62,697 nucleotides of DNA, filler included, from Globobulimina sp. (GCA_003354225.1; 36 parts of 36 records of this genome joined end to end with filler, not necessarily neighbours in it); one strand, 5' to 3'; positions 10,985 through 23,531 are shown, counted from the first letter of the whole stretch. Numbers and translations are program-made. Notes: generated from the letters alone by a model not told the origin.

Positions 10985-12121
10985 ATGGCGTTGACATTAC
11001 AACTTTTAGTAATTATTATTATCTACATACAATGCGAAAGTCAATCACCACAAACAATTGAATGCATTGGAATAGACGCATGCAAGAAACAAACTATCCA
11101 ATGCGATCCATATAAACCGTGTTCCCTACTATGCCATGGCAAAGCCGCATGCTCTGAGGTTATATTCATAGGAACTACCTCCACTGATGTCACTATGCTT
11201 TGTTCGCCAGGTATCTATACACATACATCATCCATTTGTTGATTGACTAAATACCAATGTACAGAGGATTCATGCAAGAAAGCAACGGTGGCATGTGGCA
11301 CTGGCAAGTGTGCCATTGATTGTATTGCCGAAGTGGGCAAAACAGTGTGTACTGAGCTCGACGTCATCATAAACCAAGCCATAAGTTTCCAATGCACCAA
11401 TTCATGCCCTATAGATATCCAACGACTCACATTCACTGTCTCTCCAACTCCATCACCAACACAGTTAACGTTTTTGTATAGAATTCCAAAGTACAAAGGC
11501 AACGTTTTTGTTGACGCATAATTATAAAACAAATATTTTTTCTATAGCAATCCATCCATAACTCCGACAAAAAAGCCATCCATTTCTACAACATCACCCA
11601 CACGCAATCCAACAAAATCCCCCACATATAATCCAACACCAAGTCCATCCAAATATGCCTCTTTGACGCCGACAGCTTTTCCTACTGAGTATCCAACCGA
11701 AATAGCTACAATTTCACCCACATATATACCCACCACATATCCTACACAAAATCCAAGCAATCGGCCTACAAATATACCAATGACAATACATCCAATTATA
11801 TATCCTACACAGATACCAACACCAATACCTACAGCATACCCAACCATTACACCTACAAATAATCCAAGCAGCACTCCATCCGTCCATCCAACACCGTATG
11901 TTGCAATGTATTCCATTCATACATATATATTATCTACAAATTATATCCAGAAATCCGACTGGAGATCCTATGGCCGAACCGACACCAAACCCAACACCAA
12001 ATCCGACCAAACTGCCAACAATAACCGCCCCGACATGGTTGTCGACAGATTTTCCAAGCTCTAATCCAGTCTCTGTGTCACCTACAACATCGCCGTTAGA
12101 TGACCCAAGCATAGCACCTAC
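10985..12121 (+). CDS. Secreted Cys-rich protein with mucin-like PTxxPT stalk (spliced, partial)
   Basis: Signal peptide, Cys-rich exons, P/T repeats. Introns near 11211-11265, 11466-11546 and 11896-11950. Confidence 0.8.
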
Positions 12122-12221
12122 NNNNNNNNNNNNNNNNNNNNNNNNNNNNNNNNNNNNNNNNNNNNTTAATTAATTAANNNNNNNNNNNNNNNNNNNNNNN
12201 NNNNNNNNNNNNNNNNNNNNN

Positions 12222-12884
12222 GGCTTCATGCCAAATGCCGGTAAAACAACCATAAAAACTGATACCGGTAATAATTATAATCATTATAACACATTGAATA
12301 CAAATAATAATCAGCCTCAACATAAACCCAATCAATCCACTCAATCCACTCAATCCACTCAATCACATTCGACAAATAGTTCAAATTCATCCGTAAAATA
12401 TAAAATTGTTCCAAAAAGTAAAAAAAGCGATAAATCCTTTTCTAAATATTCAGCAAAGCCGTTGCCAATGCCATCTGTTACCAAATCAAAACCATTGCCA
12501 TTACCATCCATTAATAATAATAATATTTATAATAAAAATAAGAATGGCGATGATAAATATGGAGCTAAATTACATCAAAATATGCGAAGAAATAGCAATG
12601 AAAATATCCCATCATATAATTATAACAATGCAATTGGCCAAAACCCACCAAACAAATCAAACGAATCAAATGAATCAAATGGAAGATCGATAGAGTCATT
12701 ATTTTCTAATGAATATGAGAACCTTTTAAACGCGAATTTTGAAATTCCATCAAATGGCACAAAATCTCAATATCAAGAAATCCGGATTGAAATAAATAAT
12801 TTGTATGATATGGACGTGGGCGCACTCGAAGCTTTTTATGTTGAACAGTTAAAAATGTTGGACGAAATGTTAGCTCAAATGTAA
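12222..12884 (+). CDS. Asn/Ser-rich low-complexity protein C-terminus
   Basis: Frame open from the contig start to TAA 12884. Confidence 0.7.
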   Translation, partial: GFMPNAGKTTIKTDTGNNYNHYNTLNTNNNQPQHKPNQSTQSTQSTQSHSTNSSNSSVKYKIVPKSKKSDKSFSKYSAKPLPMPSVTKSKPLPLPSINNNNIYNKNKNGDDKYGAKLHQNMRRNSNENIPSYNYNNAIGQNPPNKSNESNESNGRSIESLFSNEYENLLNANFEIPSNGTKSQYQEIRIEINNLYDMDVGALEAFYVEQLKMLDEMLAQM

Positions 12885-13157
12885 TAATTTTAATTGGACG
12901 AACCCACTCTGTATCACTCTGTATGCAATATGCAATGCATATGATTGTTAATATAAAATATCTATACTACTAAAAAGAAAAAGTTTTTAAGTGGTCAGAG
13001 TAAAAAGATTTTTAAGCAGGGAAGTTCACTAATCTTGTGTTTCTATTCTTCAATTGTTTAGAAACTAGCTATAGTCATCGAAACTGTTAGAAACGAAGAA
13101 ACGAAGAAAATATTGTCCAAAAATATACACGCATAGAACACCGCAATTATTTTTGAT

Positions 13158-13866
13158 CTAATTTCTGATTTCTAGTTCAATATTTTTCTCATCAATATTT
13201 GTTTTGTCTTTCTCTGCTTTTTTTTGTATTACACAATAAACCATATTTTCAAAGCAGGTTTTACAAACATTATCCACTCCAATACACAATTTCATGTACA
13301 GCCAATGCGAAAAATGAAAACCCAAAGCAAAGGCAATTATATTTACAGCGATACTTAATTGGTGAAAAAATAAATAAATAAATTGGTATCGAAAATAACC
13401 TAATTCCAAATCAAAGAATGGAACGCACCAAAACATCATATTTATAAATATAGAAATTGTAGTTAATACACTATACTTTGTCATTGATGATAATATGTCT
13501 TTATTTGCTTTCATAGATCTAATTCGCGGCCGTTGCGGTGACTGACTGCTGGTGGATCGGCTGTTGATTATTGCATTTATTGGCGATGGCGAATCTGATT
13601 TGGACAGTTCAGAGGAAGGATGAATGCAACTTTTTGTAGAATCTCGCATGACCTTAAATAGTTTAATTATGTAAAGCGATGATATCCAGAAATATGTTAA
13701 TATGATGGCCAATGTTCCAATATAATAAAAAATACGATGGGGAAACTCAAAAACTTTCGCTACTAAAAATAACACGGCATCACTTACACCAAATATGATA
13801 AAAAAATAAAAAGAGTTTTTGATACATTTAGTCAACGCATACTGTGTATGGTCAAATATAGCACAT
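13158..13866 (-). CDS. Multi-pass (GPCR-like) membrane protein C-terminal half
   Basis: Four TM segments, a Ser-rich loop and a Cys-containing tail. Confidence 0.7.
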
Positions 13867-13966
13867 NNNNNNNNNNNNNNNNNNNNNNNNNNNNNNNNNN
13901 NNNNNNNNNNTTAATTAATTAANNNNNNNNNNNNNNNNNNNNNNNNNNNNNNNNNNNNNNNNNNNN

Positions 13967-15611
13967 GATTAAAAAATCTTTTAACGGTTTAAATAATTTT
14001 GATACATATTTTGAGATTTTTTTATTAAAAATATTCTCATTTTCATCCTCATTCGCATCAGTTTGAAAGCTTATATTTGCCTGCCATGAATCAGCTAATT
14101 CGTCCACTTGATATAAGACCAATTTACATTCATTTAAAATGGTGTTAATAATTATTTTATTCAATAAATTATCTCTTAACTCTTCCAACTTAGCACTTAA
14201 CGGATTTATTGCTTTATTTATCAACAATTTTATATCATTTTTAATCTTAATATTTGTGCATGGGATAAAATACGTAAATTGATATTTAATTAATGGCAAT
14301 AATTCATATTTTATCCAGTTACAAAAATGAAATAAATCAGAATGTAATAAAATTAATAATGTGGAATGTAACACAATGGATTCATTTTCAATCTGTTTAT
14401 GTAAAAAATTATATAAAAACGATAAGATTTGGGTGGTTAATGTCAAAAAAGAAGCGGATAAATCAGATATAAAAATATTGGAAGAATCCCAGCATTTTAA
14501 ACAATTTATAATTGAGACTTGAAATATGGGCAAATTATAATTATATTCAAAGTGTTTATAATCTAATACTTTGTTATTTATTTTATTAGTTTTATTATTA
14601 TTTAATGCTTGTTTCGCACTCTTTAATCTCGAAATATATCCATCCATTTCGTTTTCATTTACATTTTCTGGTTTGTTATCATTGTCATTTCTCATTTTGT
14701 GATAGTAATTTAAATATATTTTAAAATGGTAATTTATGTTTGAATATTTATGTGTGGCCATATCCATAACACTCGAAGTAATGAATGGCATTCTAAATAA
14801 ATAATACTGCGATAAATTACATTTTTTCCGTAATTTCACACTCGATTCGTCAAAATATAAATACCTATCTGCCTCAATATTTTTTTTATTAACTTTCATT
14901 TTTTCGTTTAAATAATATAATTTTTGTATTTTTCTAAAAAAAATCATTATCGCACTGTAATTTATATGGAACAAATCTGGCAATCCTCGACTTATAAATA
15001 ATTCGTTATAATCTTCATTTAATAGTATATCCACTAAAGAATACCAGATTGAATTTGCAATAAAATCATTATTATATTCCATTATTTCCACACAAAATAA
15101 TATTGATAATTTATCGCATAATAAATCGTATAATTTATTAAAATGCAAATAAATAATCTCTCTTCTTTTCTCTATGTTATTTTTATTATTCATAAATATT
15201 GTGATTGGTAAACATTTGAATATTGCGGGTTTTATATATGTTTCTCTTACGATCTCTTCTGGTTTCACTATGCTTAAATAATTATAACAGCGTAAATTAC
15301 TCCGCAACGATAACAACGATCCATTCTCAATGGATGATAAAAATACATCTTTTAACTGCACATAAAATCTATTACGCAATGATAAAAACTCCGTTTTCTT
15401 AAAAACAAAAAGTACGACATTTATGTGGTGGATTTATCCTTGCACAGAAAATCAGAAATATATAATTTTTGCAGACCTGATTGACAATTAACAAATGTTG
15501 ATTTAATTGATTATCTGCAAAAATTGCACTCAATTTGCATAATAAAATTGCAATGCATTCTAAACGAGAGGATTTGTGTAATAATCGATACTGTTTACGT
15601 TCGATTGATTC
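13967..15611 (-). CDS. COG2: Conserved oligomeric Golgi complex subunit 2 (partial; intron 15398-15476)
   Basis: Family-like motifs LECIA, LRCY, DFIANSIW, GLPDLFHINY, NLSQYYLFR, KCWDSSNIF..FLTLTTQIL. Confidence 0.75.
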
Positions 15612-16029
15612 NNNNNNNNNNNNNNNNNNNNNNNNNNNNNNNNNNNNNNNNNNNNTTAATTAATTAANNNNNNNNNNNNNNNNNNNNNNNNNNNNNNNNN
15701 NNNNNNNNNNNGTATCAAGTTATTAAAATATTAAATCAAAAAAATATTAAAATTTAAAACAATCATCATGTGTTGATGTTAACGTAGCATCTAAGTGAAT
15801 GTTAAGGACTGAGTGTCCAGAATTGTTGAATTCCTTTTTTTTTAACTTTAATTTGTTTTTTATTTTTCTTTTTTATTACGTATATTTATTACCTTTGTGG
15901 TCTTTGTGGACTTTTTCTTTTTTTGTGTTGTGTACACACCATTGCTAAACGTTGTGTTTTTTACACATGTTTATGTTAAATTAATCTAAATCTAAATCTA
16001 AAGCAGTTAATGCTTGGAACTATTGTCCA

Positions 16030-16837
16030 ATGTGTGCCAATGTTTTAAAACAACCAAATAACGGCAAAGACAACAATGGAATGGCAAAGATTACCAATCC
16101 ATACGACAACAACAATGGTAACAACAATGGTAACAACAATGGAATGGCAAAGATTCACAATCCATACGACAGCAACAATGGTAACAACAATGCGATGGCA
16201 AAGATTCAGAACCCATACAATAATGCTTCGATCGCAGTTGGTCCTCCATTAATTCCTCAAATATTAATAAAGAAATGTGTAGCATGCCAAGGAAAAGGTA
16301 TTATGGGTTTTTCAGTGTGCAAGGTATAGTTCTTTCTGTTTTCCGATCACATTCGATCTGTACAAATACGCATACTATTTTTGTCAGGGATGTAAAGGAG
16401 TCGGTTCGGTGATTGTTGAAAACGAATTAAATTGTCAAAAATGTGCAGGGAAGGGATCAACCGGATTTTCGATCTGTGCACAATGTCAAGGAACAGGTTA
16501 TAGGAATATCATTGAAAAACCTGTGTTTGCACCAAATTGTTGTGTTAAAGTAGATTGTAAATATTGTGAAGGTGAAGGTAAGGTTGGAATGATTGGTTTT
16601 CGTGCATGCAGCGTGTGTAAAGGATCCGGTGATGTGTTAGTTATGCATCAAAAGATTGAATGTGCATACTGTGATAATAAAGGTAAGGTTGGCTTTGGAG
16701 CATGTGGTGTATGTAAAGGGTTTGGTTGGGCATTTACTTGTTCTTTAATTATTATCATCTTGCTAAAAAATTCTAACACTGTGACTCAAGGTTTTTTTCC
16801 TCATAATTTAATCAGAAAGTGTGTCCTCTCAGTATGA
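16030..16837 (+). CDS. Protein with eight CxxCxGxG (DnaJ-type zinc finger) repeats; intron 16324-16387
   Basis: CVACQGKG, CKGCKGVG (across the splice), CQKCAGKG, CAQCQGTG, CKYCEGEG, CSVCKGSG, CAYCDNKG, CGVCKGFG. Start uncertain. Confidence 0.85.
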
Positions 16838-16875
16838 TAAAAGCCAATCATATGCATGATAGAAACGAGCAAACA

Positions 16876-17356
16876 TCAAAATTCAACAGAAAGTTTGTCG
16901 TCCCTCCGTAGATATGGTTGGAAGTTATCATTTTTGGTTTGATCATATTGCAACCACTGCTCACAAGGCAACCAAACCCATCCTCTCCATCGGATATAAT
17001 CAATTCTCCGTTCTTCTTTATGTGTCACTCCTCGCCATGTTAATACCCCATAAGCAATAGCTTTTTTTGGTGGAATTGCAATCACTTTATCTTCCCATTC
17101 ATGTTTTACATCAACATCATGCAAATCGTTTATATCACATTCATACCGATCCGGTATAACTTTTGTTACGGTCCAATAAGTTGGTTCAGGATATTTTGTC
17201 CATTCTCTCATCATCATTTTGCATGTTTTATTTGCATCCTTATTGTTTATAATGTATTGTAAATGTGGCATAGTTATCCAATCTATAAAATTCCTACCAT
17301 GCAAACGCCGGTTTCTTAGCACCCGGTTCTCCCGCAATTCCTTCTCTTCTTCGGTA
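16876..17356 (-). CDS. MRPS34: Mitochondrial ribosomal protein mS34 (5' partial)
   Basis: EPTYWTVTKVIPD..AYGVLTWRG..ERRI..W matches the MRP-S34 pattern. Confidence 0.8.
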
Positions 17357-17456
17357 NNNNNNNNNNNNNNNNNNNNNNNNNNNNNNNNNNNNNNNNNNNN
17401 TTAATTAATTAANNNNNNNNNNNNNNNNNNNNNNNNNNNNNNNNNNNNNNNNNNNN

Positions 17457-18264
17457 AAAGAAAAAAGATTTATGCTGGAATGGATTTATTGATATATTTA
17501 TCGGAATTAAAAACTGTCCATTATTTCTATGGAAGCTAATGTTGACTCAATTTTTTGCATTTGCTGCATTCCTTCCTCTTTGGATATATGTTACACATTT
17601 TTATGGTGAAAATATAATGAAAGGGCAGGTCACAGCAAATATTAATAGTAAACAGTTTAAATTGTATCAACAAGGTGTTAAGTATGGCAATTTAGCATTT
17701 TGCCTGCATAATATTGTGGTGATGATATGTTCATATTTAATTGGAAAATATTTTATAGATATAAAAAATAAGAAAGTAATCAAAATATTTTGGATAGTAT
17801 CATACGGTGTATATGGAATATTTGGATGTATTGCTCCATGGATTAATAATTTAATATTGTTTATAACATTGCATTCATTTTGTGGGATTTCAATGGCATC
17901 CATGCATATATTTCCATGGTCATTTGCTTCAAAATATGCAATTGATTATGATCCACAAAATGCGGGATTATTATTAACTATATTAAATATATCAGTTTGT
18001 ATACCACAGATATTTGTTGCGTTAATTGGTGGTCTTATTATACAGCATTTTAATAATAATGTATCATCGATATTATTTTTTGGTGGAATTCTTGGATTTG
18101 TTGCTGCCATTTCTGTATGTTTTGTAGATATTGAATATAAAGGAACAAAATTAAAATATAATTACAGTACATTACAACAAATGGACCATAGCATTAATAT
18201 TATTGAAATGGAAGAACATCATTGCACAGATGACAAGCACTATGTGTCCGAGACAAATAAATAA
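17457..18264 (+). CDS. SLC45/SUT-type sugar:H+ symporter (MFS), C-terminal half
   Basis: YVTHFYGENIMKG, YQQGVKYG, GLLLTILNISVCIPQIFVALIGG. Confidence 0.85.
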
Positions 18265-18437
18265 TTTTGAAATCAAACAGATTTTGATTCTTCATGGCTT
18301 TGATGACCTGTGTTTTTATATTCAGCCAATTTGATATTAAAGTTTTTTTTGAAGTGAGTTAGTCATCAATATCATCATCTTATTCATCACTTCAGTTGTG
18401 GTACAATACTACTATTATTAGTTTTGGTTTACGATCG

Positions 18438-19101
18438 ATGTCACAGTGGGCCTGTCAACAATGTACCTTATTAAATGATTCTACTTTACAACAATGCGAA
18501 ATATGTGATTACAAAAGATCTTCTGAAGCAATTCACACTCATTGCACTGTTAAGTGACAATTGTATTAAAATATATATACTGTTTACAAAATATTAAAAT
18601 TATTAAAGGAGAGTGACTTGCAATATGCCAAAAGACTGCAACACGAATATAACAAAGACACAAACACTGAAAATAAAAGTACAGATTGCGGAACAAATTC
18701 ATTGCAATTAAATGAAACTCCGACACCACAAAAATCAGCTATTAATCTATCAAAAATGCATAATAACCATAACCATAATAATTCCAATTCAAATTCTGCA
18801 GTTTCACCAAATTCAAACAGCAGTATTTCGTCGCCAATCAAAGAAATACGGAGAAATCCCAGAAAACGAAAAAGAGCACAACTAGCGGCATATAGTGATG
18901 ATGAGGATAATGAGGATTTGAAAATGAATCCGATAAAATTTAAAATTGTGGAACAAGAGGTTGAATACAAAGAATATTATCTCAATGACATAATACACAA
19001 AATAGGCTGCGATTTTCTTCCTCGTTGGGATGCAAACTTTGTAAACCCCGTCGCTTCCAATAAAATAAATGTAACCATATCACCAGATTCGCGAGTAATC
19101 G
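18438..19101 (+). CDS. RanBP2/NZF zinc-finger protein (spliced, partial)
   Basis: MSQWACQQCTLLNDSTLQQCEIC, not shown in the ORF track, followed by the MIU-like DLQYAKRLQHE. Confidence 0.8.
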
Positions 19102-19201
19102 NNNNNNNNNNNNNNNNNNNNNNNNNNNNNNNNNNNNNNNNNNNNTTAATTAATTAANNNNNNNNNNNNNNNNNNNNNNNNNNNNNNNNNNNNNNNNNNN
19201 N

Positions 19202-19755
19202 CCCTAGAGGAATCTAACGAAGTGATTCAATCTAGGGTTTATAAGAGATTTCTCAATTCTAAATTAATTTTTTGAAACTCACAACCACGAAGTTCGGTGT
19301 TTTATTTAGTCACGTACTACTACTACTACTACTACTACTAGTACTAGTACTACATCAATTATGCTTTGAGTGTGTCACTAAAAAGTTTTTCACTTAAAAA
19401 TTTTTTGACCCCCCCCATATTTTCCCGAGAATTTTCCTCCCCGAGAATTTTCCTGAGAATTTCGAATTTCCACCAGTCAGACTTTCCGCGAACAAAGTGT
19501 AGTAAAATTTATCATATTTTCATTTTCATGGATTATTCTCATTTTCGACATTATTGTCATGAGATATGAGATTCTCCAAAATATTATCATTTTCAATGGA
19601 TTAGTGTCATTTTCATGGATTACTGTCATTTTCATCGATTATTCTCATTTTTCATGGATTATTGTCATTTTGATGGATTATTCTCATTTTGATATAAAAC
19701 ATTTCCAAAAAGAAAAAAATTCCTCTAGGGTTTTAGGGGCTTGTCCCCTCCTAGG
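19202..19755 (+). mobile_element. Helentron-associated (HINE/DINE-1-like) non-autonomous element
   Basis: 12-bp subterminal IR, nearby partial IR, (TAC)n, central tandem repeats, 3' stem-loop, T-run. Confidence 0.72.
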
Positions 19756-19848
19756 TTTTTGATTGTGATATATTTCATCATTGTGTATATCGAAAAAAGA
19801 TGCAGCACCGCTCCGAGGATGCTGCACTTTTATTCGATAATACACAAA

Positions 19849-20283
19849 ATGAAAATATCAACAATCCAAAAAAAATATCAGACAACAAATGAAAACTATC
19901 AGAATACAATCATACATAAAAACATGCATATCCCTTATAATAATCACGAGTGTGTCACTGGCAATAATCATTTATGTGTTAGTCAAATACCGAAGCTATC
20001 GAGCGATTATATGAGGAATATCAGTGAGAGCTGCCAAGCCTTGATTGACGGTTTTGAGGAGTCCAAAGGGGTGCAACAATTGAGTGAAATGCTAATGCTG
20101 CCCTTGCCCTTGCCCTCCTCCAATAATCACTCCAACAATCAGGGCTTTGTGATTCGCTATAATTTGAGTTTAGTCAATGGTATCATCGTTTATTTGGCGT
20201 CAATGCAGTCCTTTCCTGCGCAAAAGAAGGAATGTTTGGATTTAATCTATTTTTTGGCATTGGAATTGGGAGTTAATTCATAA
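19849..20283 (+). CDS. Hypothetical protein
   Basis: Open frame only; start uncertain. Confidence 0.3.
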   Translation: MKISTIQKKYQTTNENYQNTIIHKNMHIPYNNHECVTGNNHLCVSQIPKLSSDYMRNISESCQALIDGFEESKGVQQLSEMLMLPLPLPSSNNHSNNQGFVIRYNLSLVNGIIVYLASMQSFPAQKKECLDLIYFLALELGVNS

Positions 20284-20363
20284 TTCTTAGAGTGGATTTG
20301 TTTGTTTCTTTCTAGAATTTGTTGTTGGAACTGGTCTGTGGTCATTTTGAATATGTCTTACAT

Positions 20364-20504
20364 ACCAATGATATAAATGGAACCATTGTAGAAACCAATT
20401 GCTTGGGAGTGATCTGCCCTGTTGAATGCTCCATTTTCTGCCTTCCATTGCGCTGCATAAGTAATGCTGATTAATACTGAGACTAAAAAGGAGATTTGTG
20501 CCAT
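20364..20504 (-). CDS. First exon of a secreted Kelch-like protein
   Basis: Signal peptide MAQISFLVSVLISITYA, then HSQAIGFYNGSIYIIG, followed by a GTATGT donor. Confidence 0.55.
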
Positions 20505-21115
20505 GGTTTGACTGAAGAGGACTGAGGAAAAAACTTTGGACATTTCGTACAATTTCTCCCTGGACTGTCGAAAATCCCAAATCATTTGTGTTTTAGATCA
20601 TGGATCCTTTAAAGTTGCAGTTTATTTTGCAACTGTGCACAAAAAGTGACAATATATCAATGCAAGGTTGTCATTCAGTTGTATGGGACAACTTTGTGTG
20701 GCTCACAATCTGTGCCCGTAGATACTGATGAATCACTCAAACACCAAATTCTGAATGAATTTGTTGTTTTGCAACATATAAGACTGTCTCTTTCGTCATA
20801 AAACATTAAAAAACTTCAAAACTTCAAGTCATCTTTTACCTGCCAANNNNNNNNNNNNNNNNNNNNNNNNNNNNNNNNNNNNNNNNNNNNTTAATTAATT
20901 AANNNNNNNNNNNNNNNNNNNNNNNNNNNNNNNNNNNNNNNNNNNNACTTTTTGTGAGTGACTCTTATCGTTCCCCAAACCACCTTTTTCGGCGAGGGAG
21001 ACAAAGCTCCCCTCCCCTATGATGACATGGTCCAAGACTGAAGTGCACTCAATTGTTTTTGAAATGAATTTGGAACCTTCAATTAATACTAAACTAGTCA
21101 TCTATACATAAACAG

Positions 21116-22379
21116 ATGGGTATCTTTTTCAATAAACCTCTGCTGGAACGACAGCTAACAGACGAACTGCGACGTGACAAAAAAATTGATAAACTGAAAA
21201 GGAAGGTACTGATATTAGGTCCAACACACTCAGGTAACTTATACATAAATATAAATTATTGCATTCTCCACTCCTTATTATTTCAAAAAAGGGAAATCAA
21301 CAATATTCAATCAATTAAAGTACATTCACGGAAATGGATTTACTGCCAACGAATATATTGAAGCAAAACATTCGATATGTTCTTATGTTATAGAATCAAT
21401 GCAACATATTATTGAATGTGTTGAAGAATACGAGAAATTCAAACAGTTTCCCTTCACTAAATTTAGTATAAACACCGAAGGAAAATTATCTGCGGAATTT
21501 ATAAAATCATTATCGGTGCAACAGGCGAATCTGAGTGAATTAATAATTTATCATATTGAGATTTTATGGAAACAGAAATCAATTAAAAAAGTTGTGGCCA
21601 ATGCGAGTAAATATTATCTGGACGATTCATGTCAATACTTTTTCAAATCCGAAAATATGACAAGATTTAAGTCACAAAATTATGTCCCTTCTGATCAAGA
21701 TATAATTCAATTGCGAATAAAGTGCAATGGATTCAATGAAACAAACATTCAAATGGGCTTTGAGAATTTTACTGTGTATGACCTCAATTATAAGCCAGAT
21801 ACTTGTAATATGCGTAAAATAATGGGCTGTTTTGTTGGTGTTACAGCGATTATATTCGTTGCATCACTCAGCTGCTTTGATGAGCAAATATTTGAAGATG
21901 AAAAAAGTTATCAACAAAAATTGAAATGGAAGCAATCGCTGACTTATGTTGAAGGGTTTGTGGGTGATGATATATTGGGTGTTATTTTATCCTTTGTTGG
22001 GTATCCACGCAATGCAATGCACGATGCATTGGATGTATTTGAGGAATTATGTGATAATGATTGGTTTAGAACAATTCCAATCATATTAATGTTGAACAAA
22101 TCTGATCTATTTTCGCAGAAAATGGAGAAGATTCAAGCCAGTAACGACAGAATCGATGGATTCAATGTTTGTTTCCCAGAATTTAAAGAAACATGTGATT
22201 ACATAAAATGTAGTAACTACATTAGTCAACAATTTAGGAAAAGGAATAAAAGGAAAGTTTATAGAAAAATATTCCAACATTTGGTCAATGGAACGGAAAC
22301 AAGCATTATGAGAAAAATACTGAGAGACGTGCAGGAGATTGTAATTTCTACAGCTTTGGATCATGCTGGAATATTCTGA
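21116..22379 (+). CDS. Divergent heterotrimeric G-protein alpha subunit; intron 21234-21291
   Basis: VLILGPTHSG|KSTIFNQLKYIH, YVPSDQDI, VTAIIFVASLS, WFRTIPIILMLNKSDLF. Confidence 0.93.
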
Positions 22380-22413
22380 ATATTTTTACATATTGTTTTT
22401 GTAGTGGATTCAC

Positions 22414-22467
22414 TGAATGTACGTTTTGGTGTTGTCAGTGAATGTACGTTTTGGTGTTGTCAGTGAA
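22414..22467 (+). repeat. 25-bp tandem duplication
   Basis: TGAATGTACGTTTTGGTGTTGTCAG twice. Confidence 0.9.
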
Positions 22468-23367
22468 ACTGTTCTTAAAATTAGCCATCTCTAGAAACAA
22501 ACACCTCAACACAAGAATATATATTAAACGTTTTTTGTTTTATGTTTTAATTTCAATTCTCTTTTATTTTTATGAGCCAATATACTGATATNNNNNNNNN
22601 NNNNNNNNNNNNNNNNNNNNNNNNNNNNNNNNNNNTTAATTAATTAANNNNNNNNNNNNNNNNNNNNNNNNNNNNNNNNNNNNNNNNNNNNATGACGACG
22701 ACGACGATGATATCAATCAACAGCCAAACAATCAAGAGCCAAATACTGAGCAACAACAACAGGTTATGGAAGATGTTTAATTCGATATATTAAAAGGAAA
22801 AAGAAGAGGACATTTTTTTTCTTTTTTTCTTTTTTTTTTTTTTTTTATCATTATTAATACCCATATGATATTTTTTTTTGTTTTTTTTTTGTTTTTTTAT
22901 TATAACTACACACATTCATTTTGTATTGATATGAGTCTGCCAACTTAATTAATTTATTTTTGTTTTGCTTTTCTTTTCTTTTAATTTTGTATCATTTTGT
23001 TTCATTTCGTTTCGTTTCAATTTTGTATTTGTGGTTTGTATTCAACCGAACTGGAATAGCATTTTAATATATTATATGAATGATGTCTCATTTTATAATA
23101 AATCAAATGTTAATTGCCTTTGCTATGCACTTAAAACAATTGAACGACATATTCCAAAAGATCACTTTTTAGACAGAAACTTTTTATACAGAAATGTTCT
23201 GTGTGTGTTATAACTGACTTTTTAGGTTCACAAATGTTAACCACCTAACAACTAGCTAGCAAATGTTAAACTGAATCTATAAAAATGCTACAAAAAAATG
23301 GTTAAATAACTGGTTGTCAATTATACTTACTCTTGAAAGGTTTTCACAGATATGAGATAGTACTGAG

Positions 23368-23531
23368 CCTACACAAGTTAATTAGTCACTGTGTGACTAT
23401 TTAGTGATTATTTGCGACTATTTTAGTGACAAAAACGAAAATGAGCAACTATTTAGTAACTATTTCAATACAAAAACGGAAAATGGTAACTATTTAGGCA
23501 ACTATTTATGCGATTATTTAACTTGTGTAGG
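23368..23531. mobile_element. 164-bp MITE with 22-bp TIRs overlapping a gene 3' end
   Basis: CCTACACAAGTTAATTAGTCAC versus the reverse complement of the right end CCTACACAAGTTAAATAATCGC (19/22). Internal RACTATTT repeats. Confidence 0.8.

Noticed and set aside
15464-15525. 12-bp inverted repeat spanning the COG2 5' splice site
   Set aside because: Short and AT-rich; plausibly chance.
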